From Schizochytrium sp. TIO01 (taxonomy: Eukaryota > Protista > Bigyra: Labyrinthulomycetes): a stretch of 64,000 nucleotides of DNA. Positions 9,521 to 21,500 of the stretch are shown here, piece after piece. The stretch covers positions 3,534,001 through 3,598,000 of the forward strand of contig SMSO01000034.1 in the NCBI GenBank assembly GCA_004764695.1. Direction: 5' to 3'. The notes beneath the pieces are model-generated. The model saw nothing but the letters and a program-made list of their open reading frames with translations. It made no database searches and was not told where the DNA came from. The translations under genes were made by a program, and so were the position numbers. Numbering within the stretch: the first letter of the stretch is position 1; the number at the start of each line of letters is the position of its first letter.

Positions 9521-11941
9521 TTATGCTTGAGAAGACGCAGCTGCCTCTAGATCGGCGTAAACCTGTTGGAGGTTAGCAAGCTCCTCCTTTATTGCGTCAA
9601 GATAAGCAGCTGGGTTGCCGTTTGATTTTGTCTCCAGATCAGCGTTTACCTTGCGCTGCTTATCCATAGCCTTCTTGAGCTTCTTGCGCTGGGAGTCAGG
9701 GATGGGCTTCTCGTCACCAGCAGCCTGAGTAGGAATACCATCTTCATCCCAAGCAGTGTACTCAGCAGTCTTGAAGATCTCCGCTGCCGGGGTCTGGGCC
9801 GCAGTCCATTTGGCGAGCTCCTTCTCCTTTTGATCAACCTTGCCCTGAGCCTTCTTGAGGCGCTCCTCGGCCTCCTTGGCACGCTTTTGGGCAATCTCAC
9901 GACGCAAACTCTCAGGGTCCTCAAGGTTCCACTTTGTGCCCTCAGGGCGGTCCTCAAGACGGAGACCAAGATCCACCAAGGTCTCGTCACGAATAGTATC
10001 GCATGCCTGAAGAATGGATCGCAGGGCCGGGTCTGCCTTGTTCTCAGCGCCAAGAGCGAGGTTGCGCACCATTTCGCGGAAGCTGACCAGAGCTTCAGCA
10101 AAGGCATCAACGCCCTGGTTTGCACCAGCATTGTCAGCCACAGTTTCAGAAGCACCAGCGTGGTAGCCAAAGCCATCGTTACCCTGAACCACACCAAACA
10201 CCTTGAGGATCTGAGTTACATACACAGCAATACGACGCAGAAGCAGGATTGCAGGGCGCACGTCGGGAAGCTTAAAGTACTTGTTGCACTCAGTGATAAG
10301 GTCAATCATAGCACGCATGGCCTCAACAGTGTTGAAGTTGTCCAGAAGGGAACGGTGCACAGTCTCCTGAGTTGCAAGGAATGCATCTGCAAGCTCGTGG
10401 TCAGTGGCACCCATGCGCCAGCCAACCTCTTCATCAAGGTAGTCAGAGCGCGAGAGGTTCTCGACTTCCTGAAAGAACGTACGGAAGGCACGCTCCTTCT
10501 TGACTGCGTCCTCCATCTTTTGGTCACTGTACGCCATAGGGCTGTCCCATGCTTGGAGAAGAAAGAGAATGCGAAGTTGGCGCGCAGTGTGGGTAGAAAG
10601 GGCCTCGCGAATAGTGACAAAGTTCTTGAGTGACTTGGACATCTTGAGGCCCTTGATGTTAAGGTGGCCAGCGTGCAAAAAGTATGAGCACCACTGCTGG
10701 CAGCCGAAGCAGGCCTCAGACTGAGCAAGCTCGTTGTCGTGATGGGGGAACTTAAGATCCTCACCACCAGCGTGGATATCGAGGTGCTCACCGAGGATAT
10801 CGGAAGCGATCACAGAACACTCAATGTGCCAACCAGGGCGACCCATACCCCAGGGCGACTCCCAGGCAGGCTCACCCGGCTTGGAGGCCTTCCAAAGCGC
10901 AAAGTCGTTACGGTTGCGCTTGGCGAGCGCGTTACTGTCTCCGAGAGCACCCTCGCTCTCGGCGAGCTGAGCGTCACTTGTGTCTTCCTTAGCCGGCACA
11001 AGTTTACGGTAATTATGCTCCTTCTTGTACTCATCAAGGCTAAGGTACACAGACCCCTCAGCCTCGTAGCCGATGCCCTTCTCCACAATGCGCTGGATAA
11101 AAGCAATAATCTGCGGAATGTACTCTGTAACACGGGTAAGAACATCAGGCTCACGAATGCCGAGAGCAGCCATGTCCTCCATGAACTCACGTTCATATTT
11201 TCGTGCATGAGCATTAAAGATTTCATGCTCCGTGACCGTAGCTCCCTTCTCCTTGTCGAGCTTCTTCGACAAGACCCCGCGAGCAGCCTCTACAAGAGCC
11301 TCACGATCGCCAGCCTTGGTAGCCTGGGCAGTCTCAATATCCTCCACTTCCTTTGCAAATCCCTCAATCTTCTGCAAGTGCATGTTCAGTTGTTCTGTAG
11401 CCTCCTCGAGCTCGCGCTTCTTGGACTCTTGTCCTTCGAGCTCCTTGACCTCCTGCTCGAGCTTCTCGCGCTTGCTGACAAGGTCCTCCTGAGCCTCCTT
11501 GGTGGCTTGTGAGACCATTGTGGCAAGTTCTGCAAATGCTACGGATTCATCAGCTTTGAGGTCATCGACAAGCTTGTTTTGGCGGGCTCTCAAGATGATT
11601 TTGTCGTCGATGTCTGTGATGTTGACTTGGTACAACACGTTGTAGCCGAAGTAGTCCGTCATGATGCGGCGCAGGATATCGAAGGACAGGTATGAGCGAG
11701 CGTGACCAACGTGGGAGCTGTCATATACCGTGGGACCGCAGGTGTACCACTTGACGGTGCGTCCATTGAGAGGCACGAACACGTCTTTCCTGCCGGTGAG
11801 AGAGTTGTTCATGAGGAGCTTGCCCTCAGCAAGAGGGTCACCTTCCACAGGAAGAGGAGGGTACCATGGGTGCCGCTGAGCGCCGGCACCGTTGTCTGAT
11901 GCAAAGGCTGGGCCAAACTGGCCGCGTCCGGAAGTGCTCAT
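9521..11941 (-). CDS. CARS1: Cysteine--tRNA ligase, cytoplasmic type
   Basis: WYTCGPTVYDSSHVGHAR (HIGH), NITDIDDKII, DFALWK, GRPGWHIECS, DLKFPHHDNE, KMSKS; eukaryotic insertion and C-terminal extension present. Confidence 0.97.
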   Translation of the reverse strand: MSTSGRGQFGPAFASDNGAGAQRHPWYPPLPVEGDPLAEGKLLMNNSLTGRKDVFVPLNGRTVKWYTCGPTVYDSSHVGHARSYLSFDILRRIMTDYFGYNVLYQVNITDIDDKIILRARQNKLVDDLKADESVAFAELATMVSQATKEAQEDLVSKREKLEQEVKELEGQESKKRELEEATEQLNMHLQKIEGFAKEVEDIETAQATKAGDREALVEAARGVLSKKLDKEKGATVTEHEIFNAHARKYEREFMEDMAALGIREPDVLTRVTEYIPQIIAFIQRIVEKGIGYEAEGSVYLSLDEYKKEHNYRKLVPAKEDTSDAQLAESEGALGDSNALAKRNRNDFALWKASKPGEPAWESPWGMGRPGWHIECSVIASDILGEHLDIHAGGEDLKFPHHDNELAQSEACFGCQQWCSYFLHAGHLNIKGLKMSKSLKNFVTIREALSTHTARQLRILFLLQAWDSPMAYSDQKMEDAVKKERAFRTFFQEVENLSRSDYLDEEVGWRMGATDHELADAFLATQETVHRSLLDNFNTVEAMRAMIDLITECNKYFKLPDVRPAILLLRRIAVYVTQILKVFGVVQGNDGFGYHAGASETVADNAGANQGVDAFAEALVSFREMVRNLALGAENKADPALRSILQACDTIRDETLVDLGLRLEDRPEGTKWNLEDPESLRREIAQKRAKEAEERLKKAQGKVDQKEKELAKWTAAQTPAAEIFKTAEYTAWDEDGIPTQAAGDEKPIPDSQRKKLKKAMDKQRKVNADLETKSNGNPAAYLDAIKEELANLQQVYADLEAAASSQA

Positions 11942-12590
11942 CGTGTTCGAGACGGTATAGCAGGCAGCCTGACAGGATGAAGCGGACTTCGAGGTTTGAC
12001 TGTCTTCTGGATGTCTGTCTCCGTGGCGGAGAAGTTATTGATTTGTTCTCCTTTGTTCTGTTCAATTCTCTTTCTTTTCTAGCATTTCCCTTATTTGTTT
12101 AGTACAATCGCACTCCAAAGTGTCCTCACTTAAATTGCTCAATGCCTTCCTTTCCTGGTACGCCTTAGTAGTCACTCCGGAAAGAGCTGCTATCCTCGCA
12201 TGGTCACTTCTGTTTTCACAGGCTCTGTGTCACTCCTGTAGACTATAAATATGAATAGCTGTCATGTTTCTAAACCCAAAAGCTGCAAAATGGGAGCTTT
12301 CAGTAGTAGCAGTGTCGATCTTTTAATTAAAATTATACATAAATTTGTAAAGAAAAGAAAAGAAAAGTGAAAGATGTAGTATTGTGCCCAAAAAGGACAG
12401 ATCCAGGACCTTTACAGTCATTCTAATCTCACAGGTTTCTCACATCCCTGGCCTGCGAAGGTAAATGTTCACGCATAGCCAAGCCCTTCGTGTCTCACCC
12501 TCGAGTGGCTCTGCACATCAACCTCCCTCTAATTACACCAGGAAACAGCGCTGTGCTAGTCTCGTTCCTGAGATCGAAAGAAGTTGTGGG

Positions 12591-12610
12591 CTACCTACCT
12601 ACCTACCTAC
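12591..12610. repeat. (CTAC)5 microsatellite within a CTAC/GTAC/CTAG-rich patch
   Basis: ctacctacctacctacctac followed by caaggtactagt. Confidence 0.85.
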
Positions 12611-14451
12611 CAAGGTACTAGTGGTTTGCTAGAGAGAAAAGACAAGAAATGAGAGGAAGGGACGAAAGATAAATAATATGATAATGAGTGGTAGTAATAG
12701 TGCCAGCATAAATTAATTGCATTACGTACATCGATCGCAATCACTCGTTCCATTTCACTTCATAAATTCGATTGCGATACAATGCAACAAATCAGAATTC
12801 ACTGGCGTGACTAGCGATGTTTTATGCGTTGCATGCAGTTCAAGTCTGGCTATTTCTGCGACGATGAAGAAATGTCACTTGGGCTTGGGAAAAGAAGAGC
12901 TTTCAAAGAGTTTGCTGGTGGAGCATTCGCAGAAAGAGCTTTTGTGAGGAGGAACGGTGGAGGAACATTTGTCGCCGCCTGTTCTTCTGGAGCAGAACCA
13001 GAACCAAATCCAAATCAGTCACAGATCTGAGAATCCTTTGCAAACACTTCTCTAGCTCTACTCTAGAGCAATACAACATCAATTAAGAACTCCATGGTGC
13101 AGTAGGTACCTAAGTGCTATGCCTTAAGGTTTCCAAAGTACTCAAGGCAACCAAGAGAATCGATAAGCTAGGGAATAAACAAAATGCACGCTAGAAACTT
13201 ATCGTATAGCACCACGGTGCAGGCTGTGAATACGCGACAGGATTCTCGCTGAGAAAGCAAGGACCCCAAGAGAGATGAGCTTTTTCACATTTCAATTCTG
13301 AATTTGGAGGTAGGGATCGAATCCAAAACGGAGATGGCAACTTGCAACTTGCAAGCCTCCTACGGCATATAGAATCGCAAGCTACTAACGGGTCTACATT
13401 GTCAACGCGGTTGCGAATTAAGATAATAAGGATCAATTTGGCACATGAATCTTCACAAAGGTCTGAGTGATACGGTGGAAGGCGCTTGATTATAAGACAT
13501 CCCTTCTGAATAACCCGTTCTGCTTACTAAAGAGAGAACGAGGCGGAAACGCGCGAATGGTGGGCCCGTCGGAGTGATTCGGACTACCTGGGAGTTGACG
13601 CAGACGGGCTTTGGTGGCATGCGCAAATATGATCCAATGGTTCATGGCAACTTTTCTATCAAAAATATGAGAAAGAATGAACATTGTCACGATTCTCCCT
13701 ACCTCACCATTTACGCATTTACAGAAAAAAAAAAATGAGAAGCACAGCTCTGAGCCAAGAGTGAAAAAACAAAAACCAAGGATGATTTGTATTTTAGTCT
13801 CTGTAGTAGAATAGTATCGACCAGTGAATGTCGAAGTCAGGGATAATGTTCATAGAGAGTGTAAAGGGTGAAGGAAGAAGAACTAAGCCCTGGCAAGGTA
13901 CACACAAACAACAAAAAGAGAAATCGAAAAAAGAATTGACTCTTTTTCTGATGTGCATGGTTGCTCCTGCACGAAGAACCCGTTTTTGGAAATTTCTTTG
14001 CTCCAATTGTGAATGCAAAATGAAATTACCCTTCTGAAATTTATGTTCGGGTTAGGGCATCAACAAAGCAATATAGAGTGAAAAGTTTGTAAGACTTTCT
14101 TGATTTGTAAACAATAATGATGTTTTCTTTAGGAAAGAACAATTTTAAACGTTACCTCACTACTTTGCACTAATAAGAAAGAAGAAACTAGTGGCTGTAT
14201 TATACACAAATTATTGAATTGGATACAAGTATCGGCGAGGCCCATTTTTGTGAATCGAGCAGCACCCCACTTGTAATTTTCATCATCTTGAGAAACCCAA
14301 GACGATATCTATAGTAGAGTGAGACGAAAGAGAATTTATTTCTCAAAAAGCTGACAATCCTCTTGCCAGAAAATTCTACCATGGTACACCTGTTTTGAAG
14401 GATTGTTAACACTAACAAAAGAATTGGCATGCCACGTGAAGAAGGATTGTC

Positions 14452-15225
14452 TCAGTCATATGTTTGGTTTGCAGCCTGAAGTTCCTCAAGAACTGTAGTT
14501 TGAATGTTCTGCGTACGCTGCAGACGTGCAATAAGCTGTGCCTCTTTCTTCTCAAGGCTTAGTATTTTCTTCTCAATCTTCCTTGCAGCCGCTTCCTCAG
14601 CATAAACTTTTCGTTCGTACTCTCTGCGTGCCTGCTCACGCATTGCTTCTTGGCGACGATGCAGTTTGCGCTGTGCTTCCTCCCGTGATCTTTTGACAGC
14701 TTCTGCCCGCCTCAAAGCATCCTCGTGGGCCTTCATTCGCTGCTCCGAAGCAGTTTGCACAGCCTGCTGTTTCAATGCTCGCATCTCTTGTGCTTCGCGA
14801 ATTTTGCGTTCGTGAACCTCCCGAATTTGCTTTCTTCGTGCAGCGCGAGCAAGATCCTTTTCAAGCATTCGCTCCTTCCCCTCAAGCTCTAGACGTCGGT
14901 CCTCCAAAGCTTCTGTTTTCGCGCGGACATTTTTTGTGCGCTGCCGAGCAATCTCTGTTACTCGATGTTGAGCTTGAACAATACGATGTCTTGCTCTTTC
15001 CTCTTCCTTTTTGAGCAACAAGATTCGATTCTGTAGAGCTTGTTGGTCCACCTCAGCCTGTTTCCTAGCTTTTCTGGCCAACGCTAAGCTATGTGCAGTA
15101 CCGTGGTCTTCATCAGTTTGCCGAAGCACCAAGGCTGTGCTCTGTTGCGCAATTTCTTCATCTTCAAGGTCATCATCCATATGTAGCACTTGCTGCGTCA
15201 GAAGTCCCTCCCGGGGACTCGCCAT
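14452..15225 (-). CDS. Uncharacterised charged coiled-coil protein (257 aa)
   Basis: ATG-initiated, E/R/K/Q-rich helical ORF. Segments RKQAEVDQQALQNRILLLKKEEERA and LEKKEAQLIARLQRTQNIQ resemble a family of uncharacterised protist coiled-coil proteins (from memory, unverified). Confidence 0.8.
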   Translation of the reverse strand: MASPREGLLTQQVLHMDDDLEDEEIAQQSTALVLRQTDEDHGTAHSLALARKARKQAEVDQQALQNRILLLKKEEERARHRIVQAQHRVTEIARQRTKNVRAKTEALEDRRLELEGKERMLEKDLARAARRKQIREVHERKIREAQEMRALKQQAVQTASEQRMKAHEDALRRAEAVKRSREEAQRKLHRRQEAMREQARREYERKVYAEEAAARKIEKKILSLEKKEAQLIARLQRTQNIQTTVLEELQAANQTYD

Positions 15226-16282
15226 GTTATTTTAGCCCAGACCTCAGTTGGACGCACTGATGAAGACTTCCGCCGACCTCACAGGCTGGCTGCCTATTCG
15301 CAAATTTGCGTCTTTGCAGAGCCCAAGCCAGAGGGAACTAAGCTATTGCCTCAGCGCTAAGGAGGTTTATACTCTCCCCAATAACCGCAAGATTTTCTGC
15401 ATACGCAGGCCGCGCATCTGATCGTGATCTTCATCATTATTTCCATCTCTGCTAGTTCTCCGCGCCATCCCCATTCCAGTACACACCTGTATAGAGAGAC
15501 TAGTGCACACCTACCGCGCTGCGGAACCCGCACATATATAAGGCTCGGTGGCGCGCGAGCGAGTGCGTAAAACCGTCGTCGATAACACCCACCTCGTTTT
15601 GCCGGTATCAAGAGCCCCAGAAGCATAAATTTGCCTATGATTTTACCTTGAAGCAGGGCCTGCGGTTCAAGTTTTCTTCTCTGCGATCGTTTCGATTTGC
15701 CTGTTTGCCCCCTTATCGTGATATTTGTCTATTAGTTCGTTTCTTGGGACACCGACAACGCGAAGTAGTCTAAAGAAGAGCTTCTCCTTCTCTGACGACT
15801 TAAAAAAAACTTTTCTGTGCATGGTTACTTTGTCTTGGTCTGCTGCTAAGCTGATTGGGGCTCTGTGATTGGCAGTAAAGGTGAAACTCCCTTGTGGCCT
15901 AGAGACTCCTCAAACCTTGCTCTGGACGCTTAAGGTATAAACAGCTTGTGGCTTTGGTATCTGTTCTCACGTAAATCCTCTTCGCGGGAATAACTGCAGT
16001 GCAGCAGTTAAGTTGGCAGAACAAGCTCTTGAGTGAGTCGGCCAGCTTACTAGCTAGCTAGCTCGCATCTAACTCGCGGTAATCAATTGAGGCGCTGCAG
16101 ATCTATAGCTAGTACTTGACCTTGGATTGTTGACTTAGTTGCTCAGGTACTGGGACGACAGAAAAAAGTGCTCAATCAAGTTCGTTTGTTTGTTTGCTTC
16201 TTGAGCTATATCGTCTTCGTCAGGGCTTTCTTTAGTGATTCGTGGGAAAAAACAACAACTAGAGAATAGAGTGTTGACTGCT

Positions 16283-17683
16283 ATGCCACCTCCCGGAAGC
16301 TACCATGGCCTGAGTGGCAACAATTCTGATGAGCCCTCGCGAGAGGAGCTTAAGTCGGAGGTCTTTACATTGAAGATGAAATGTCACCAGTATGAAGAGC
16401 GCATGAAGTTAGTCAATTTACATGGTCTAAATGGCGAAACACTACAACAACGCAACAACGAGCTTGAGGAGCAGCTTGCAGACACCACTGCAGAGCTGCG
16501 TAACCGCTCTGAAGAGCTCGAAAACTATGTTGCTCTTCTAGGAAAGGCAAGAACTGCCATCGAAAAACTTAATACGCGTAACCAGGAGCTCAATGCGGCA
16601 CTACAGGAAAAAACTGTGAACCTCGAAGCTCTCAAAAACGAGTGCCATGACCTCGAGCAGAACCTTGCCACTTGCGAACGAGACCGCGATACGGCAGTTG
16701 ATCGTAGTAGAGCTTTTGAGAGGGAAGTTATTCGGCTTGAGCCTATGGAGCCCAAGGCGAGGCTTCTGCCGAAGGTTTGCGAGGAACGCGACTCGTTGCA
16801 ACATCGCGTGCAGGATCTCGAGCGGGATCTCACTAACAGCCAGGCCGAGGCTCGCATGGCTAGGGAGCAAGCGGAGAAGGAGGCGGCACGGTTAGAACTG
16901 GCAAATTTAGACTATCAAAATGCTCAAAAGGAGTTTCAACATGAGATTATGCGCCGCACAGAAGAACTCGAGCAGAAGCATAATCATGCTCAGAGTCGCT
17001 ACGAAGCAAACCTCAAAGAAAGTGAGCTACAGATTAAGTTCTACGAAGAGAAGGTCCAATCCCTAGAGTTTGAGCTGAGCCGTTATTCTTCGCGCACCGA
17101 GGAGCTCAAGGCTCATGAGCGAGAACTTGTGGATGAGGTAGCGCGTCTCAAGGTTGATTTGCAGAATGCCGAGCGCCGCGAAACCATGAATATGGATCGA
17201 TTCCGTCGTGAAATAGATTCCGAACGTCACGAGGCTGCTGATAAAGCTCAACAAGAGCTTCTCGAGGTCCGTGCGGACCTGAACAATCAACTTATGGATA
17301 AGCAACGGCAATACGAGAGCCTCTGTACCGCTATGGCCTCACAAAAAGAAAAACATCGCCGCACCGTTCATGAGTACTCCAAAAAGATCGATGACTTGAC
17401 AAGTCAACTCGAAACAATTAAAAAGCGCTGGAAAGACTCAATCTCAAACAAACGAGTTGCCCAGAAGGAAAACATCGTGCGGAGTGGCAACACCATACCT
17501 ACTGTCCCTTCTGGAGTTGTCAGCACATCCAAACCATCGAGTTCACGCCCTGCTTCTACAAAGAAGAGTAAATCCACGACCCTCAAGTCCCACACTGTTT
17601 CATCTGCTAACGGGACGACATCTGCGCCTAGCCTTGTTCGGAAAACAAAGACTCTTGTTGTTGCGCCGAAGCCATTTCGATAA
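16283..17683 (+). CDS. Uncharacterised long coiled-coil protein with a basic Ser/Thr/Lys-rich tail
   Basis: ~370 aa of heptad-rich sequence followed by a basic low-complexity tail; first ATG at 16283 (the track start is GTG). Confidence 0.82.
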   Translation: MPPPGSYHGLSGNNSDEPSREELKSEVFTLKMKCHQYEERMKLVNLHGLNGETLQQRNNELEEQLADTTAELRNRSEELENYVALLGKARTAIEKLNTRNQELNAALQEKTVNLEALKNECHDLEQNLATCERDRDTAVDRSRAFEREVIRLEPMEPKARLLPKVCEERDSLQHRVQDLERDLTNSQAEARMAREQAEKEAARLELANLDYQNAQKEFQHEIMRRTEELEQKHNHAQSRYEANLKESELQIKFYEEKVQSLEFELSRYSSRTEELKAHERELVDEVARLKVDLQNAERRETMNMDRFRREIDSERHEAADKAQQELLEVRADLNNQLMDKQRQYESLCTAMASQKEKHRRTVHEYSKKIDDLTSQLETIKKRWKDSISNKRVAQKENIVRSGNTIPTVPSGVVSTSKPSSSRPASTKKSKSTTLKSHTVSSANGTTSAPSLVRKTKTLVVAPKPFR

Positions 17684-18089
17684 GTTTGGCCTAGGCTCGG
17701 CGATGTTTCCTTCCCGGTCTACCAGTTTATTTGTGTGCTTGCCTGTATGTTGCCAATCATTGTATCATAGTCCCCCATAATTTTCATTGTAACCAAATGA
17801 ATCAGAAGGAAAGCAAAAGTCACGCAACTCATGAATTTAAACTTATAAACGTAAAAACGAACGAAGATAAAATTTAAGAAATACTACAAAACAGATTCAA
17901 ACCTCATTGAGTAAAGAACAAATCCTCTTTCCCTTGTGCAAGTCCCCTTTATTTCCAATTTACAATGGACAAATTAGTATTTTATCTTGACGTAAACAAA
18001 CAGCAAATGGTAAAAACTCTTGTACCCCAGCTGAAGAAAACTAGTTGAATGCCAAGGTATTTAATTTAAGAAATAAACATGAAAACTAA

Positions 18090-18530
18090 CTACTCGATTA
18101 CTCGGTGTACCTGTTGACCGTTGATGCGGAAACTATCGAGTTCCAGAGGAGGGTCACCAACCTGCCAACTGGAATGGTCCATTTTCCGATAGTTGTCAAT
18201 TTCGAATCGATTCCCACCTCCACACGTACAGCTTGGACAGCATCCCACAATTGGCGCATTGGGAAAAGCAAGGCCCCAGTCAGTGATTGGACCACTGTAT
18301 ACTTTAGCAGTGAGTCCTTCTTGGTTAAAGTAGCGCAAATACCCAGTCTGTGAAATCTCCACAATGATCCCAGTATGCCTTCCCATATTGTGACGACTTT
18401 CACGAAGAGAGATTTTGTACTGAGCAGAAGCTACGCATATACGGTAGCCAGCGCTTACATCTTCGCCAGACGTCCATCGCCCAACGAGGTGCTCCGGTGC
18501 GGCAACTTGTTTGCCGACACATGCACCCAT
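18090..18530 (-). CDS. Small hypothetical protein (146 aa) with a putative N-myristoylation/palmitoylation start (MGAC) and a Cys cluster
   Basis: ATG at 18530 gives MGACVGK; internal GCCPSCTCGGG; globular beta-rich composition; flanked by AT-rich UTR-like DNA. Confidence 0.6.
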   Translation of the reverse strand: MGACVGKQVAAPEHLVGRWTSGEDVSAGYRICVASAQYKISLRESRHNMGRHTGIIVEISQTGYLRYFNQEGLTAKVYSGPITDWGLAFPNAPIVGCCPSCTCGGGNRFEIDNYRKMDHSSWQVGDPPLELDSFRINGQQVHRVIE

Positions 18531-21500
18531 GAACAAAGCAGGAAACGCTTTCGGGACTTTCGAAACTGACTGAGACGAGAAGGAGAGAAACCAATACTAT
18601 TACTCACAGCTGTGGCGTTCATACTCTACCCAGGAAAAGCAGTCAACCACGCATAGTCGCGAACAGCATGCCTTCCACCTGTTTGCTGACGTGAGAACCT
18701 TAATACCGCATGTTTGAGTGGCAGGATTTTGCGATCCTCAGGCTAATCTAGGTCACTTATTTTAAAGAAAAAGAAACGAACAAAAAATGAAAATGAAAAA
18801 TTCGAGTCCAAGGACAGTTTGATATCAGCTTTGCATATTATAGTTAAAGCAAAATAGTCGCACTGCGGCGTTCAATGTAGCAAGAATTTGATCCCATGCC
18901 AAGCCGGATTGCTAATTAGCGAACAGAATTAATGTTAGCTCTCAGATAGGGTTTCCGATCCAGACCGAGACTGAGAGGTCAGCTACGACGAGTATAAAAC
19001 TCCGCTCAAAAGAAAAGTTGTCTTACAAACGAAAGTAGCAAGGATATGAAATGTAAAATAATCAAGCTTGATTAGGCTTGCATGTTTCTCGAAACTATAT
19101 TATTTGATTATGTGATAACTTCGATGAGCCGCAAAAATAGGAAAATTTTCTTACTCCCTTAGAAAGAGTAAGAAATAAACTCTGGATACTACGCACATAT
19201 ACCTTACAGCGAAAGTTTCCATACCATGAAGAGGGTTCCTTGTGATGTATTAACTAAGTACCACATTTCCACTTGCCATCAAGCCAGTGTCATTTTGCTT
19301 GCAAGTGCTTGTATCTATTCTTCGAATTCTTTAAAGCCCAAATAAGAAAGTCAGTCATCAACTGGTCATTCCGGACATCCAGTGACATCTATACGCTCCA
19401 GTTCCGAAGCCTGCGAACCATCATGGATCATCTCAAGCTCTTATATCCATGACGGTATAGGTAGGCACCTACTACCTAGTCCAAGCAGCACTCTTAACAG
19501 CTGAAGTAGCAGTTCTCATCACCGGCTTTGTGAGGCCTTTCCGACTTCTGCAAGCTCTCAAATGTCGATGTCGCGATCTCATTAAAACCCCACTCTTTTT
19601 GCAAGACAAAATGAAGCACAACCTTCTATTGGCATCGTCGATTCGCATCACGATGACCGTGTTTCTACAATTCATGAGGATGCACAGCTGCCAGCCCCAC
19701 CTCGTCCTGTGCGGTTTGCACCACCTCACGCCAGACAGGTCATCATTAGGTAGGTCCCCCCGCTGCAGAGTAAGAGAAATAAAGACCTTTTGACGTGTGG
19801 CGTCGATCAGGGGAGACAGTGGGCATGCAGAAGAGGAGGGTGACGATGGCTAAGTGCCAACTTTATCTTTTGCTTTTCGTTGGAACGGATGGCCAAATGG
19901 GCTCCAGCGACCGACGGGGGTGTAAAAATGGCCCACTGTTGCTACCTCTACCTACTAAGCTACTAACCTTTGTAAAACAAAAAACCCTATGCATAATATG
20001 ATAGCTTCTCGGAAGAAAGCACAGAGGATACAATACAACAAGAACTCTTTTTGCTTCCTAGGAGATGGGTTTGAGATGGACTATTTTGTCTGCTGTGAAT
20101 AACTGGTCAAACGCAACGGGGCCAGAGGTCAGCCAGAGCGTTCTCTGGATGGGAGTTATCATGTGCCATTGTGGGAAGATGTTGCGGGCTATTTGCGAGC
20201 TGTGTGAGAGTGAATAGTGGAAGCGCAGCTCTGCATAGCCTGAAGACAGCGATAACGATGCTGCTGGCCTCGAATTTTACATTGAATCATCAAAGTTATA
20301 GACAATGGGGCCTTGATGCCTTCAGACGTCATCAGATGTTACACGAATCCTGCATTCGCTCCATAAACTAAAGTATCTATTTTTGAAAAGCTTTGGAGCA
20401 GTTTAGGGATACCAGAATACAGAACTAGAGCCCGTACACTCTTAAATCATAATGAACTTCTCTTGGTACTCTTCAAATAACATCTGTCTACAAACGTAAA
20501 TATATTTCCATAATCGAAACAATTCATCAATGAAAGAAAGGCTAGAGAACGATAAGAATTTAATATATCAAATATACATATATAGTAATTTTCTGGGAAA
20601 TCAACTAGTAGTCTTCTCCAAGATTCAGGATTTGGTTGCCACTGGTTGTGGAAGCAAATAATTTAATTTATAGGCACATCTCTATCTTGGAATTTCCTTT
20701 GCGGAATGATGTTTTGGAGAGCAACAAATATCAGCGGAATATATGGCCTTCGTAACAGATTCAATGGCAATATCTCGGAATACGATGTTACCATGCAGTA
20801 CACTGACACAGTGCATTGCAACAAGAGAGCTCTCGAATAGCTTTGGTTCCCTAGTCACTGTTCTCATGAGGGGAATCTTTTGGTACAGTGTCATCTGAGA
20901 ATATTGTAGCAATAGTGATTCTACCTTGGATCCTGCCGTGGTTCCTCTGAAATGTCCAAGACTGCGACTTACCTCATCGAGAGAATAAGGTCCCTCTAGC
21001 TTGGCTTCTTTTATAGACCACTCTTCTCTAAATCACTTAGGCTCGCGAGCTGCATCGCGATATTCTGATCCTCGAGAGATTAGTCATGATTTAAGTTGTT
21101 ATTATTGCGGTCTCTCTAGCACAACATCAGTGCTCAGATTCACAACATCATCTTGGTTCGAAGTAAATTCTCAGCTATTAATTAATTGAGAACGCGAACA
21201 TCAGCTAATCAAAATGACGCCCAGAAATGCCAGCCATTGATATTCTTCTTCGTCTTTTTCTTATCTTAGCAACGCCACTAGGGAACCCCTCCATTACCAG
21301 TCCCAGATACAACACCGTGACTGTCACAATTTTTCGGAAAAGTCTCCCGATTAATCTTTTATCTTTTGCCTTTTATTTTAAATTGAAAAATAGAATCAGG
21401 ACTGAGCCTAAGAACAAAAAAACCAAAAACAAAAACAATCATACGTCGGCCTAAATACATATTATTTAAAAAAAACAAAAAAACTCATCGCTCCCATAAT

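Noticed and set aside
9646-11512. Long antisense/alternative-frame ORFs over CysRS (likewise over the NPF, TcdA and SR genes)
   Set aside because: Expected shadows of codon-biased or repetitive genes; no independent motifs.
12824-13060. Coding-like GC-richer patch (short ORFs on both strands)
   Set aside because: Under 70 aa with no recognisable motif; at most a gene remnant.
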